Part shown: in pieces, positions 25,301-37,040 of the stretch
Numbering within the stretch: the first letter of the stretch is position 1
Layout of the letters: each line of letters starts with the position of its first letter
DNA from: Malacoraja senta
Taxonomy: Eukaryota
Assembly: GCA_038087875.1 (NCBI GenBank)
Contig: JAXLNO010005343.1
Location: forward strand, 124,001-188,000
DNA: 64,000 nucleotides
Reading direction: 5' to 3'
The notes under the pieces: generated by a model
Databases searched by the model: none
Seen by the model: the letters and a program-made list of their open reading frames with translations, nothing else
Told to the model about the DNA's origin: nothing
Translations under genes and position numbers: made by a program

Positions 25301-28300
25301 TGTGTTCTTGCCATTTTTTTGTGACATTTTTCAAGCAGGATTTCATCAAATCCTAAGGCTAATTTATACCAGAAAGATTACATTAAATTTGCAATTAAAT
25401 AAGTCAAATTCTGATTATGCTTATGATTTTTTTATCATTTATCACCCGATAAGGATTTTCTGATGCCCCAGGTTTTTGCAACAGGACGTGAGTAGCAGTG
25501 TCAATTTGGTCACGTGTTAAATGTGTTAATTAAAAGCAGAGTAACCGTTTATATATATAGCGATGTTTAATTCTGTATGTTGTCTCCCCCCCCCCCCCCC
25601 TCCGTCCCCCCGTCCCCCGTTGAGTAACGTCGTGAATATTATATATTGCGCTATAACGGGGGGGTGCATTCGTCGGGTTTTTTAAATTCAAACAACGTGA
25701 TTGTAATGACTCTGGCGTAAACTTCGGGTCTCGTGGTGGGTTAGGTACCGACATTTTGAAATGGGAGCTTCAAAATCAGAAAGTGGCCCATATGTTTGCC
25801 GTAAAGCCTATTTAATTGAACTATAGACAGACTTATTTTGGAAAGATAACTGCAGTCGATAGGATTCATTTATCAACACGAGATCAGAAGTATTCTGAGT
25901 TGTGATATATCTCTGAGAGGGTTTGGCGAACCAATCATTGATTCACCATCGAAATGTTACACGTGCACTATCCCAGCTTTCAAAATGGTTTGAACAATAT
26001 AGACGTTAGTCACGTTATACCATCCCGAGAAAGTGACACTCTGGATCCACTCCTGGCACATCTTCGCAGTTAGTAAATCTGCTGTTTCACATCTGCAGAG
26101 ACCCTGGATCAATTCTAGCCTCCAGTGTTCTCTGGAGTTTTTATATCCCCACGGTGATCACGTGACTTTCTTAGGGTACTCTAACATCTTCCCAAATCTC
26201 AACGACTTGCAAGATTGTTGGTTAATTGGCCATTATACATAGTCATTAAGTTTGAAGAATGGTCTCGACCCGAAACGTCACCCATTCCTTCTCTCCAATG
26301 ATGCTGCCTATCCCGTTCAGCTACTCCAGTATTTTGAGTCTATATTCGTCATTAATGTGAAAATCATTTTGTGGGGAGTTGATGGGACTGTGTAGGGAAT
26401 GAATTGGGACGACTGTAGATTTCGTACAATTAGGGACTAGCAGAACCCAAGGACCTGTTTTCTTCATTTAACCACATAAAACACTCGAACCGTTGGTTTT
26501 GGGTCTGGAGAAAAGTATACAGTCTCCGTAGCTGCGATTGAGCTTATTATTCATAATAGCGGGGAAGTGGAAAATTGATATTCAACGTTTGTACCTTATG
26601 AACCCCCAAACGATGAAGAGACTACCAAGAATAAACGATTGCATTTATAAAAACAAAATAACAAAATATACAATGGGGGGTACCTATCGAGAGTATTTCA
26701 TAATGGTAACTAAAGTTAAGGCAGGCACATCGTTAATTGCATCCTTATTATTTATCAAGAAAGAACTAACGTAAAAGCAAGGAGATTGTGCCATTGCGTT
26801 TGGATAGGAAGTACGTCCAGTGCAAGATTGGGCAAATACGTTTCGACCAATCTTTACAATCCTCTCTCTACATTAGCTTTCCATTTTGCAAACTCAAATT
26901 TTCCACACTCATCTGGGGGGGGGGGTGGTGGGGGGGTAGGGGGGTGCTATTAATCCCTATAAAAACCCCGCGTACCCCCACAGTTATCTCCAGCCCATTT
27001 CCTCCGACTCAGCCAGGTGAACGGCCTCCATTATCTATATGTGTTTTCTGAGACATTGTTTGACATTTTCTGATAATCGCACATTCTGTATTGCTGTTTC
27101 TATCAGCACCCTTTACCTCAAAATATTTGCCTCCATCCTAGTTTGGTCCTCAACCATGCATGCTCAATTTATCAGTCTGCTGCTCTGAAATCTTGTTCCG
27201 ACACCCACCTTGAACAAGAAGAGCTTTCTTCTTGTCCATAAGGTCATTCGGTCATAAGTAATAGTAGAATTAAGCCATTCGGTCCATCAAGTCTACTCCG
27301 CCATTCAACCATGGCTGAACTATCTCTCCCTCCGAACCCCATTCTCCTTCCTATTCTCCTTAACCTCTGTCACCTGTATTAATCGAAAATCTATTTATCT
27401 CTGCCTTTAAAATAGCCACTGGCGGCCTCCACAGCCTTCTGTAGCAAATAATCCCACAGATTCACCGATATTCTGTAAGTAATCTTAAGTAATTTTAAGT
27501 GTTGCAAGCATTAGTAATGAGTTCGAAAAAAATCCCATTATTTCAATTGTTAACCTGAAACTCTCAGACCAATAAAACAATGAGTGCCATTTAGCAAGTC
27601 CGAGGCAGACAAACATTCAGTAGGATGATTTAACAGGCCTTGTGTTCATTGAGAAGGGCAATCACCAACTTGGGCTCAACAGCGACACATCTAGTAGAGC
27701 TACTGTTTCACAACACCAGATATACAGGTTCAATTCTAACTTGAGACTACAGGATAGGATTAGAATTAGCCCATTCGACCTATCATAATTACCCGCCATT
27801 CAATCGTGGCTGATCTATCTCTCCCTTCTAACCCCATACTACTGCCTTCTCCTCATAGCGTCTGACACCTGTACCAACCAAGAATCTATCTATCTCTGCC
27901 TAAAAAATATCCACTGACGGCCTCCACGGACTTTTTTTTAATTTATTTCTGAACCTATGACCTCTAGTCCTATACTCTCCCGCTGGTGGAAACATCCTCT
28001 CCACGTGCACTCACGACCCTTTCACTATTTTGTATGCTTCAATGAGTCCCCCCTTCATTCTTCTCAACTCCAGCGATCAAACGCTCATCATAGGTTAACC
28101 TACTCATTCCTGGGATTATTCTTGTAATCTTCCATCCTACTACCCTCTATTCTCACGGAATCATGCTATGTATTTTAAGCGACCATCGGGGTTATGGCAC
28201 CAGCTGACAACTGTTCTCCCTCTACTTTCTTTTTATCGCAAAGGCATTATTTCATCACAAACCACCTTCACTCTCCTGTGCACCTAGTTGCCTTCTCACC

Positions 28301-28467
28301 ATACCTTCGCATTCAGCGATAGATAATATAATGTTTGCCCTTTCAAAACTTCCATTTACACCATCCGGGGACCTGCGCACTCCCGCCAGAGTTGGCGATT
28401 TCCGATTTCAATTACTATATTCGGTGAGGTCTATTTTACTAGGGAAATACCAAATGCAAACGAGAGC

Positions 28468-28790
28468 TGCGGCAGCACAGTGGTGCAGCGGTAGAGCTGC
28501 TGCCTCACAACGCGAGAGACACGGGTTTGAACCTAACCAGGGATGCTGTCTGTGCGGAATTTGTACGATCTCAATGTGACCCCGTTGGTATTCTTCGAGT
28601 GATATGGTCTCCTCGCACATCCATTGGATGTGAAGGTTTGTAGGCTAATTGGCTTCTGTAAATTGCCGCCAGTGTAGGAAGTGAAAGAAAAAGTGTTCTA
28701 ACAGAGAACTATATACCGGTGATCGATGATCACCGTCGACTCGGTGGGCTGAAGGCTCCGTTTGCACGCGATATCTCCAAAACTAAAACT
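28468..28790 (+). mobile_element. HE1/V-SINE-like SINE
   Basis: Head GCACAGTGGTGCAGCGGTAGAGCTGCTGCCTCAC...GGGTTTGAACC with pol III box-like motifs, then a V-SINE-like body and CR1-like tail. Confidence 0.75.
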
Positions 28791-29064
28791 GTCAATATGA
28801 AGATGTTAATTCAATTTCCAGTTCCCAGTCACCTCAAATCCTAATCCATCTTAGATTTTCAATTTACTTTCTTTCGAATCTCGACCTAGCTCAACAAAGT
28901 CACACAAAAACGTTAAGAAATATCTTCCAAATGCATGCACTAAAACTTTAGACCTGAACAACGAATTCACTAATTTCAGAAAATTGGATGAAAACTGGCA
29001 GTTCAATGAATGAAGATAATGGGATAAATTCCAGATGCTGGGCGCATAAAATTAACAATACATT

Positions 29065-31128
29065 AGAAACATAGAAACATAGAATCATAGAAAATAAGTG
29101 CAGGAGGAGGCCATTCGGCCCTTCGAGCCAGCACCGCCATTCATTGTCATCATGGCTGATCGTCCCCAATCAATAACCCGTGCCTGCCTTCTCCCCATAC
29201 CCCTTGATTCCACCAGCCCGTAGAGCTCTATCTAACTCTCTCTTAAATCCATCCAGTGATTTGGCCTCCACTGCTCTCTGTGGCAGGGAATTCCACAAAT
29301 TCACAACTCTCTGGGTGAAAACGTTTTTTTCTCTCCTCAATCTTAAATGGCCTCCCCTTTATTCTAAGACTGTGGCCCCTGGTTCTGGACTCGTCCAACA
29401 TTGGGAATATTTTGCCTGCATCTAGCTTGTCCAGTCTTTTTTTAAATAATTTTATATGTTTTTATAAGATCCCCCTCATCCTTCTAAACTCCAGGGAATA
29501 GAAGCCTAGTCTTTTCAATCTTTCCTCATATGACAGTCCCGCCATCCCAGCGATCAATCTCGTGAACCTACGCTGCACTGCCTCAATCACAAGGATGTCC
29601 TTCCTCAAATTAGGAGACCAAAACTGTACAGAATACTCCAGATGTGGTCTTACCAGAGCCCTATACAACTGCAGAAGAACCTCTCTACACCTCTACTGAA
29701 ATCCTCTTGGTATGAAGGACAATATTCCATTAGTTTTCTTCACTGCCTGCTGTACCTGCACGCCAACTTTCAGTGACCAGTGTACAAGGACACCCAGGTC
29801 TCGCTGTACCTCCCCCTTACCTAACCTAACCCCATTGAGATAATGATCTGTCCCCTTGTTTTTGCCACAAAGTGGGTAACCTCACATTTATCTATATTAT
29901 ACTGCATCTGTCACGCATCTGCCCACACACCCAACCTGTCCAGGTCAGCCTGCAACGTCCTAACATCCTCTTCACAGTTCACACTGCCACACAGCTTTGT
30001 GTCATCTGCAAACCTGCTAGTGTTGCTCCTAATTCCCTCTTCCAAATCATTAATATATTGTAAACAGTTGCGGCCCCAACACCGAGCATTGCGGCACTCC
30101 ACTCGCCACTGCTTGCCATTCTGAAAAGGACCCGTTCACTCCGACACTTTGCTTCCTGTCTGCCAACCAATGTTCTATCCACGTCAACACCCTACCCCCA
30201 ATAGCATGTGCTCCAATTTTAGTCACCAGTCTCCCGTGCGGGACCTTATCAAAGGCGTTCTGAAAGTCTAGATACACTACATCCACTGGCTCCCCTTCAT
30301 CCATTATGCTTGTCACATGCTCAAAAAATTCCAGCATGATTTTCCTTTCATAAATCCATGCTGACTTGGACTGATCCTTCTACTGCTATACAAATGCCCC
30401 ATTATTACCGCTTTAATGATTGACTCCAGCATCTTTCCCACTACCGAAGTCTGCTTACTGGTCTGTAATTCCACGTTTTCTCTCTCGCTCCGTTCTTGAA
30501 AATTGGGATAACATTAGCTATCCTCTAATCCACAGGAACTGATCCTGAATCTATTGAACATTGGAAAATGATCACCAGTGCGTCCACTATTTCTAGAGCC
30601 ACTTCCCTGAGGATCCTTGGATGCAGACCATCGGGCCCAGGGGATTTATTATCCTTCAGTCCCATTAGCCTACCCAATACTATTTCTCACCTAATGATAA
30701 TTTCTTTCAGTTCCTCTACCCCCTTTGATCCCCTGTCCTCCAGAATTTCCGGGAGATTGTTTGTGTCTTCCTTAGTGAAGACAGATCCAAAGTACCTGTT
30801 CAACCCCTCTGCCATTTTCTTGTTCCCCATAATAATTTCGCCCGTGACTGCCTTCAAGGGATCTACATCTGATTTTGCTACTCTTTTTCCATTAACATAT
30901 CTAAAGAAGCTTTTACTGTCCTTCTTTATATTCCTGGCCAGCTTCCCCTCGTACTTTATCTTTTCAGCCCGTATTGCCCGTTTTGTTTCCTTCTGTTGTC
31001 CTATGAAAGTTTCCCAATCCTCTGGCTTCCGACTACTCTTTGCTGTGTTATACATCTTTTCTTTTAATGTTATTATATCCCTAACTTCTCTTGTCAGCCA
31101 CGGTTGCCTCCTACTCATCTTAGAATCT
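29065..31128 (-). mobile_element. CR1 LINE, 5'-truncated in ORF2
   Basis: RT fragments [14 protein letters not shown] and YLDFQNAFDKVPH (29462-30337) and tether region (30687-31118). (AGAAACAT)n tail. Confidence 0.92.
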
Positions 31129-31286
31129 GTCTTGATATGTCTGGGAGCACAGAACAGATCAGACCGTTCAGAGGAACGCCCATCCGCCTGAATTATCGTT
31201 TATCCGTATTGTGTGTATGACCGTTCGAACATGTTCTTATTTCTCCTTTCTTTTCATTTTCCTCTTTTGTTTGAATCTCATCACAG

Positions 31287-31300
31287 ATCAGCAACGATGA
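31287..31300 (+). CDS. Candidate terminal exon of gene 1 (short tail DQQR-stop)
   Basis: Long polypyrimidine tract (about 31240-31272) ending in CAG|. Phase-1 reading GAT CAG CAA CGA TGA. AATAAA at 31304 and 31328. Not proven. Confidence 0.35.
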
Positions 31301-32276
31301 GAAAATAAATCATCTGAGTTAATGAAAAATAAATCATCTGTGTTAATGCCATAAAATCTCCCTTGGTCTCTGTATTGTTGTTTTGGTCCCTTGGAACTTG
31401 TAATATGTTGGATTACAACCCCTCTCCAGTCTCCAATGTTACAGCGATTAGACTGAAGATTAATTTACATATAAACAGAAACCAGTGCCCTTATTATGCA
31501 GGGAAACAGCTTTACAAGTATTTGCTGAGACGACTCGTTGGTGTTCTCTGTGCAGTCCTGGTCATCCTGCTATACGTAGCATGTCATTATTTTGGAAAGG
31601 TGCAGAAAGGATTCACCAAGGTATTGTCTGGAATTCATGGCTGGAGTTATCCGGTGATGCTGAATAGGTTGTGACCTCTTCCCATGAGGCATAGGAAGTT
31701 TACCTAATTCAAGTATATATAATTATAAAGGGCGTAGAGAAAGTGAATGCTTACAGTCGTTTTTGCCAGGGTAATGGATTCTTAACATGGAAGGTTACGA
31801 GGGTCCCAAGGGGCAATTTCTCTCCGAGGAAGCTTCGGAAGCGTATACATTTGCGGATTTTCAAATGATATTTGGTTAGATATTTGGATAGGAAAGATTT
31901 AGAGGGGAAATGGTCAAATGCGGAGAGATGGGTCTAGGCCAGAATGGCAATTTGCTTGACGTGGACGGGGCGGGCCGAAGGGCCTTGCTTCCATTCTGTA
32001 GAGATCTATATGATCGGTGATAAACAGCGAGTTCCAGCGTCCGCTATTATACAAACATGCAAATACAACTGTCATCTTTGCGCGATATCTCTTACTAACC
32101 AGTATCTAATTTCATAGACTGGCATACTTTTCCATTTCAACAAAGGCATGCCCACAATCTCCATTCAAATACTTAAAAACGGTCTGGCGTAAGTTTTGGG
32201 TGGGAATTCATGAAATTCCTTGACATAAAAAACAGTGATATATCTCGGGACGTTATTGAAGGTATAAACCTCATAC

Positions 32277-32556
32277 CGATTCCAGGAAATCTGTGAGTTT
32301 CAATGGTCCGAAACAGGAGGGTGACGTGAGATACGTGGCAACTATAAACCGATCGGCTATCCACTACATGCAGGAAGCTGGAAGCAAGGTATAAGCCCTC
32401 ATCGTTCCGTATTTTAGTGGTACTTATTCCAGAAGTGATTTCATGGTCATCTTTATACCAGGTAAGTTCACAGTCCTCCGGGAAAAACGGAGCAGTTGTA
32501 CAGTTTAGGGCCAGGGAAGGTGTCCATCTGTTTAATCTTCAAAGGCGTCGGTGACA
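32277..32556 (-). pseudogene. C1-set Ig constant exon downstream of the gene 2 VJ exon, with a 1-nt frameshift near its 5' end
   Basis: Acceptor TTGTTTACAG| starts VSPTPLKIKQMD. The +1 frame then reads PSLALNCTTAPFFPEDCELTWYKDDHEITSGISTTKIRNDEGLYLASSFLHVVDSRSVYSCHVSHVTL...FPGI, ending at donor G|GTATGA. C1 hallmarks are C..FFP..W and YxCxVxH. Length is 280 nt (3n+1). Confidence 0.85.
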
Positions 32557-35500
32557 CTGTAAACAATTTAAGACAAAGGAGTTAGTACCCCTATATGTTT
32601 ATTTAGAAGACAACAGAATCGCTTTCGAAATGGATAATACCATACCTTCTTGGGCGTTCCTTAAATAGTAAAGTATTTCAGCTAGGTACACAAAAATGCT
32701 AGAGAAACTCAGCGGGTGCAGCAGCATCTATGGAGCGAAGGAAATAGGCAACGTTACGGGCCGAACCCCTTCTTCAGACAGACAGTATGTCAGCTACGTT
32801 GTTGGAAATATATAGTACAGTAAACACTTGTTATAACGCAGTTGGACAGAACCACTATATCTGAGCGCTATGTGAGGCAGGTGTGACCACCTATCACTTT
32901 CCCCAACGCCTTCATTCAGTCCATGCGACGAATGGAGAAACTATCCGCATGGACGGCTGGGGAGTCTGGGTGAGTCTGGGGAGGATGGGTGAGCCAAGTC
33001 TCTGTGAAATAGAGCACAGAGTATACGGTCATCTCTCTTTGATAAAGCTACCTTGCCTCCGAGATTTCCTTGTCATGGGCGATTCTATTTTTTTTGTGCT
33101 ACACAGTTTCAGTTTATTATCACGTGTACCGAGCCACGGTGAAATGTTTTTTGTTGTGTGTTATTCAATCAGCGAAAATACTACACATGATTACGATCAA
33201 GCCGTCCACATTGTACAGATTCAATATTACCGGAGTGCGTTTAGTTCAAGATAAGGTCCAGTAAAGTCCGATAAAAAGATAGTTTGATAATCTCCTGTAT
33301 GGTAGATGGTAGGACTTGACTTCTCTCTAGTTGGTGATAGGACGATTTTGGTTACCTACAACGTTGCAACGTTGCTACACCAGACAAAGCAGAGTTCAAG
33401 GTGGTCCAATCAAACGGAAAATTGCGTTAATTAAATCGTAAATTTAGTTATTTTTGTATTATATGTAAAATATGCCTGGGAACTGTAAACCAGTCTGTGG
33501 TAGGAAGGCCACTGGAAAGGATTTAGAGGGATAAAATATGTATGCATTTGATTAAAAAGGGGCTGATCGAGGAGGGGGGGTGTGTGATTTAATAGAATGA
33601 AATGTTTAGCAACAGCCATTACTTAACACCAAATAGGACACCATCTATAAAGGCAAAGGAGCGTCATCATTTTGCTCCCGTCCACGTAACAAAAGCATTA
33701 TCTCCACATCGGTGGGTAAATCTTTGATCTCCATCCCAAACTGATCTATGCAAGTGCTCTCACCAGAGAATTTCCGGGGATGTTTCACAAGTAGTGATCG
33801 GAAATGTGCTGGAAGCAGAGCCAATCAAACCGTGAGAAATAAATTAATTAAACACCTGGTGGAAAGCAATTTAAGCGTTCCAAGAAAGAAAGGGTGCATG
33901 GGACTGACAATTTCGCTTTCCTGGTGGCGGGCACATAATTGATCTCTCAATTGCAACGCAAACTTCTTTTCCTCGGTTATTGGAATTTAATGCGGTGAAA
34001 TGTTTCGTTTACAAGGACTTGATTCCACTACTCCGGGTAAAAGGCTTTGCATATTACCGATTTATTCCGGTCATGATCAGATAGCTCCTGCGCTGCAATA
34101 GAATAAAGCCCTGGCCTGCTTCGGCTCTCCCTATAGCTCAGACCCTCGCGTGGTGGCAACATCCTCGTAAATCTGCTCTATACCCGTTCCAGCTTAACTA
34201 CATCATGCGTAGTTGCAGAGGCAGATGCGATAGGGGCATCGTAGATATTTTTAAATAGGTACATACAGGGAATGAAAGGATATGTCTCACACAGAGCGGA
34301 GATTTATTTAGTTTGGCACCATATTCCGCACTGGAATTGTGGGCCGAAGGGCCTATTCATGTTCTATGTTTAGGAGTTGTTGATTGTTTTTTGAGCAGTT
34401 ATAACTTTCGAAAATGATGGGGTGCTTTAGGTATTTGTCGTGTTCGCAATGCATGTCACGGCACTTAAACTGGACAAGGTATGGTAGCGTGACTGTGTGT
34501 ATTCAGTAGTTGTTCATGTGGGATTGAAATGTGCGTGGGAAGACCGTACTCAGTTGGGTGAAGCTTTCTGGCATATTTCCACCCAGAAATCGAGTATGAC
34601 ACTGACGTGTAATTGCCATTCGTATTGAAGCTTCTGTTCTCCCACTCGACGCTCTGCTGGGTTCCAATGAAACTCAACGTAAATTGACGGATAACGTTTT
34701 GATTAATATTCTCAATTTGCAATTTAATCATTTGATTTATGGTACTACATTTATCTCCTTTGTTTACTTATTTTGTGACTTGTTGCATTATTCTCAGATT
34801 TTCCCCCGTTTATCATGTCATGTTTTTTGTCTTCCACCCACATTAATGCGCCACCACGCACCCCACCTATTCTACCTTGCTATACGTCTGAATTTCTTGA
34901 ACAATTTTCATCATGAACTTTTGGTACTTCCGCTATAACGTTCTCGGCAGAAACTAATTTCTGTAGTCGCAGATATGTTGTGACTCGTATTTTATCATTG
35001 ATTTTCTTTGAAACTATGAATTCCTAAAATCACGGTGGAATAGTCTTACACAAGATTGCGGTTAGAATATATCACGCTCACTATTCACCAAATGTTTCTT
35101 CTAACAACACACGTTTTGTTAACATTTACTAGTTGGACTAGAAATAGCTATATAAATGGTCAAACATGGATATTCTGCAAAATAACTCAATTCGTGATCT
35201 GCCAAGAACGTTCAATCATCTGGATATCACAGGTCTCGACCTGAATGCAATGTTTTTTTGACTAAACGACTGCAGCTACAATACTCGCCAACATATGATG
35301 GTTTCCATTTCATTGACAACCATCTGCAATCTTAATCTATACTCCTTTCGCTGGATGCAGTTGAGGTCCCGCCTAGAAAATTATCTCCAGACATAAAAAT
35401 GATAACTAAATGATATGAAATTAAAGAATAATGATTGTCCAAAGATCTCATGGTCCAACAATCACGAAAAACCAAACACTTAATTGGAGCAAAACCTCTA

Positions 35501-35598
35501 GTTCAGACTGAGCAAAGGTTCGTTTATTGCTACTTTATAACTCTGTTGCACACCATATTTCTGTGTTTCTATTGGGATACGAAACATCAAGTAAGACC

Positions 35599-35922
35599 CG
35601 TGTACAATAATCCTCGTGCCATTGCCTTTGGAACTGTTTCCTTTCCCGTCTCTCACATTGCAATAATAGATCCCGGAGTCACGGAAGCCCACGTCGAACA
35701 GATGTAATTCAGCAAATCGCTTCAGGACATTGTTCATTGTCATCCTCCTGTTTGGGGTGTGAGCCAAAGCCTCTTCTTGACCCTCTTTCTTCCAATATAC
35801 ACCCAGCAGTGCTTTCTGACCGACGTTTTGCCAAGCACAGTATAAGGATACATTTTCACCTTTCATCTTCGTTACCTTATCGGGAATCTGACGCACACTG
35901 AACGAGAAGGGCCGGTCAGTTA
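35599..35922 (-). CDS. Gene 2 VJ-type Ig domain exon (open frame, splice donor disrupted)
   Basis: Acceptor TTCTGACAG|, 324 nt, motifs SLYC, VYW, DSGIYYC and GNGTRIIV. The paralogs' G|GTGAGT donor is here G|GGTCTT (3-nt loss). Confidence 0.9.
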
Positions 35923-36117
35923 CTGTCAGAATTAAAAAACAAACGTTAAACTTGTGAAATGACAAAGAACTGATAGATAAAAATCCAAATGGCTGAAATA
36001 GATCGACCGAAAGGTAAGAGTAAAGTAGGGTAGAAGTTTGAAAGTTGTACGTCTTATAATTTTCGCGGATTGACATTTTCGATACCATTTGCATTTAATA
36101 GAGAGAAATATATTAAC

Positions 36118-36172
36118 CTGTGTAACTCATGTGGAGGATCGAAAGACACAGCAGCACGGCAAACTTAAACAT
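36118..36172 (-). CDS. Gene 2 leader exon MFKFAVLLCLSILHMSYT
   Basis: ATG, 18 codons + G, donor G|GTTAAT, phase 1. Conserved in the two paralogs. Confidence 0.85.
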
Positions 36173-36282
36173 TCTGAACAAAGACAGTGAAATTCAACGA
36201 TGTTTCCTCTCTGACAGCGAGTCAAGCAGTGAAGCTTGTTGGCGACCGTCTTGCAGCAATACCGCGTGGCCCGAATGGTTCT

Positions 36283-36299
36283 GTTTCACTTTGACGTCA
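36283..36299. promoter_or_regulatory. Adjacent ISRE/IRF-like element and perfect CRE upstream of the gene 2 leader
   Basis: GTTTCACTTT (AAAGTGAAAC on minus) abutting TGACGTCA, about 110-127 nt upstream of the ATG. Function not shown. Confidence 0.4.
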
Positions 36300-36779
36300 T
36301 AGCGCTGAGAAGCACACTTAATGTCACGGAGAACACAGACGTTGCAGATATTATCTAGAGAATATGGCACATTTTGTGTATCATGGAAAGTTTTGATTTG
36401 ATGCAGCTTCGCGAATGTCACAAACCCGATTAACTCTTACAGGTGCTTTAAATGATATGTCCAATGAAAAGTAGAATATCAAAGTAACGCAACGAGAAAT
36501 ACATAAATAGAATTCGTGGAATGTGTCGAAAGGAAATGTCTCGCCAGTTAAATCTAAGCGCTTTACAGATACTGCAGCAATTAGAATGGCGAAAACTTTA
36601 CGCGTAGAACAAATAATAATATACTGTACATTATCTCTCGCTTGGGGAAAAAGACAAATAAGGCTTATGGATATGCCGGTGAATAAAGGACGGGCGCAGA
36701 GGATACGCGAAAATAAATACTTTCAAAACCTAAATGTTACTAAAGAGTTTAGAATTTAGAGAATATAGAAACAGTCCCA

Positions 36780-37040
36780 TCGGAGCATCGATTCCACGCC
36801 AACCATCGATTACCCCTTGCTACCAATTCCATGTTATCCCACTTTCTCACCCACTACCTGCACGTTAAGGGCAATTTACAGCAGCCAACAAACCAGCATG
36901 TCTTTGGGATGTAGGAAGAAATCAGAGCACACGTAGAAAACCTATGTGGTTACAAGGTGAACTTGCAAATTCCACACAGACAGCACCGAAGGACGTTAGG
37001 ATCGAACGAGGATCTCCGGCAATGTGAGGCAGCATCTCTA
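36780..37040 (-). mobile_element. HE1/V-SINE-like SINE; paralogous copies at about 47190-47430 and 56660-56900
   Basis: Reverse complement of the SINE body (TGTAGGAAGAAATCAGAGCAC...GAACTTGCAAATTCCACACAGACAGCACC). Confidence 0.7.

Noticed and set aside
28468-28545. tRNA gene
   Set aside because: tRNA-derived SINE head that runs directly into the SINE body and is degenerate.
31363-31674. ORF with an apparent TM segment (LVGVLCAVLVILLYVA)
   Set aside because: The flanks KVQKGFTKVLSG...SYPVMLNRL identify it as a decayed CR1 RT C-terminus.
32277-32556. C1 exon as MHC, tapasin or B7H6
   Set aside because: No peptide-binding-domain exons nearby, and the upstream V exons carry a J-like GxGT motif, unlike B7-family V domains. 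Exact family remains unassigned.
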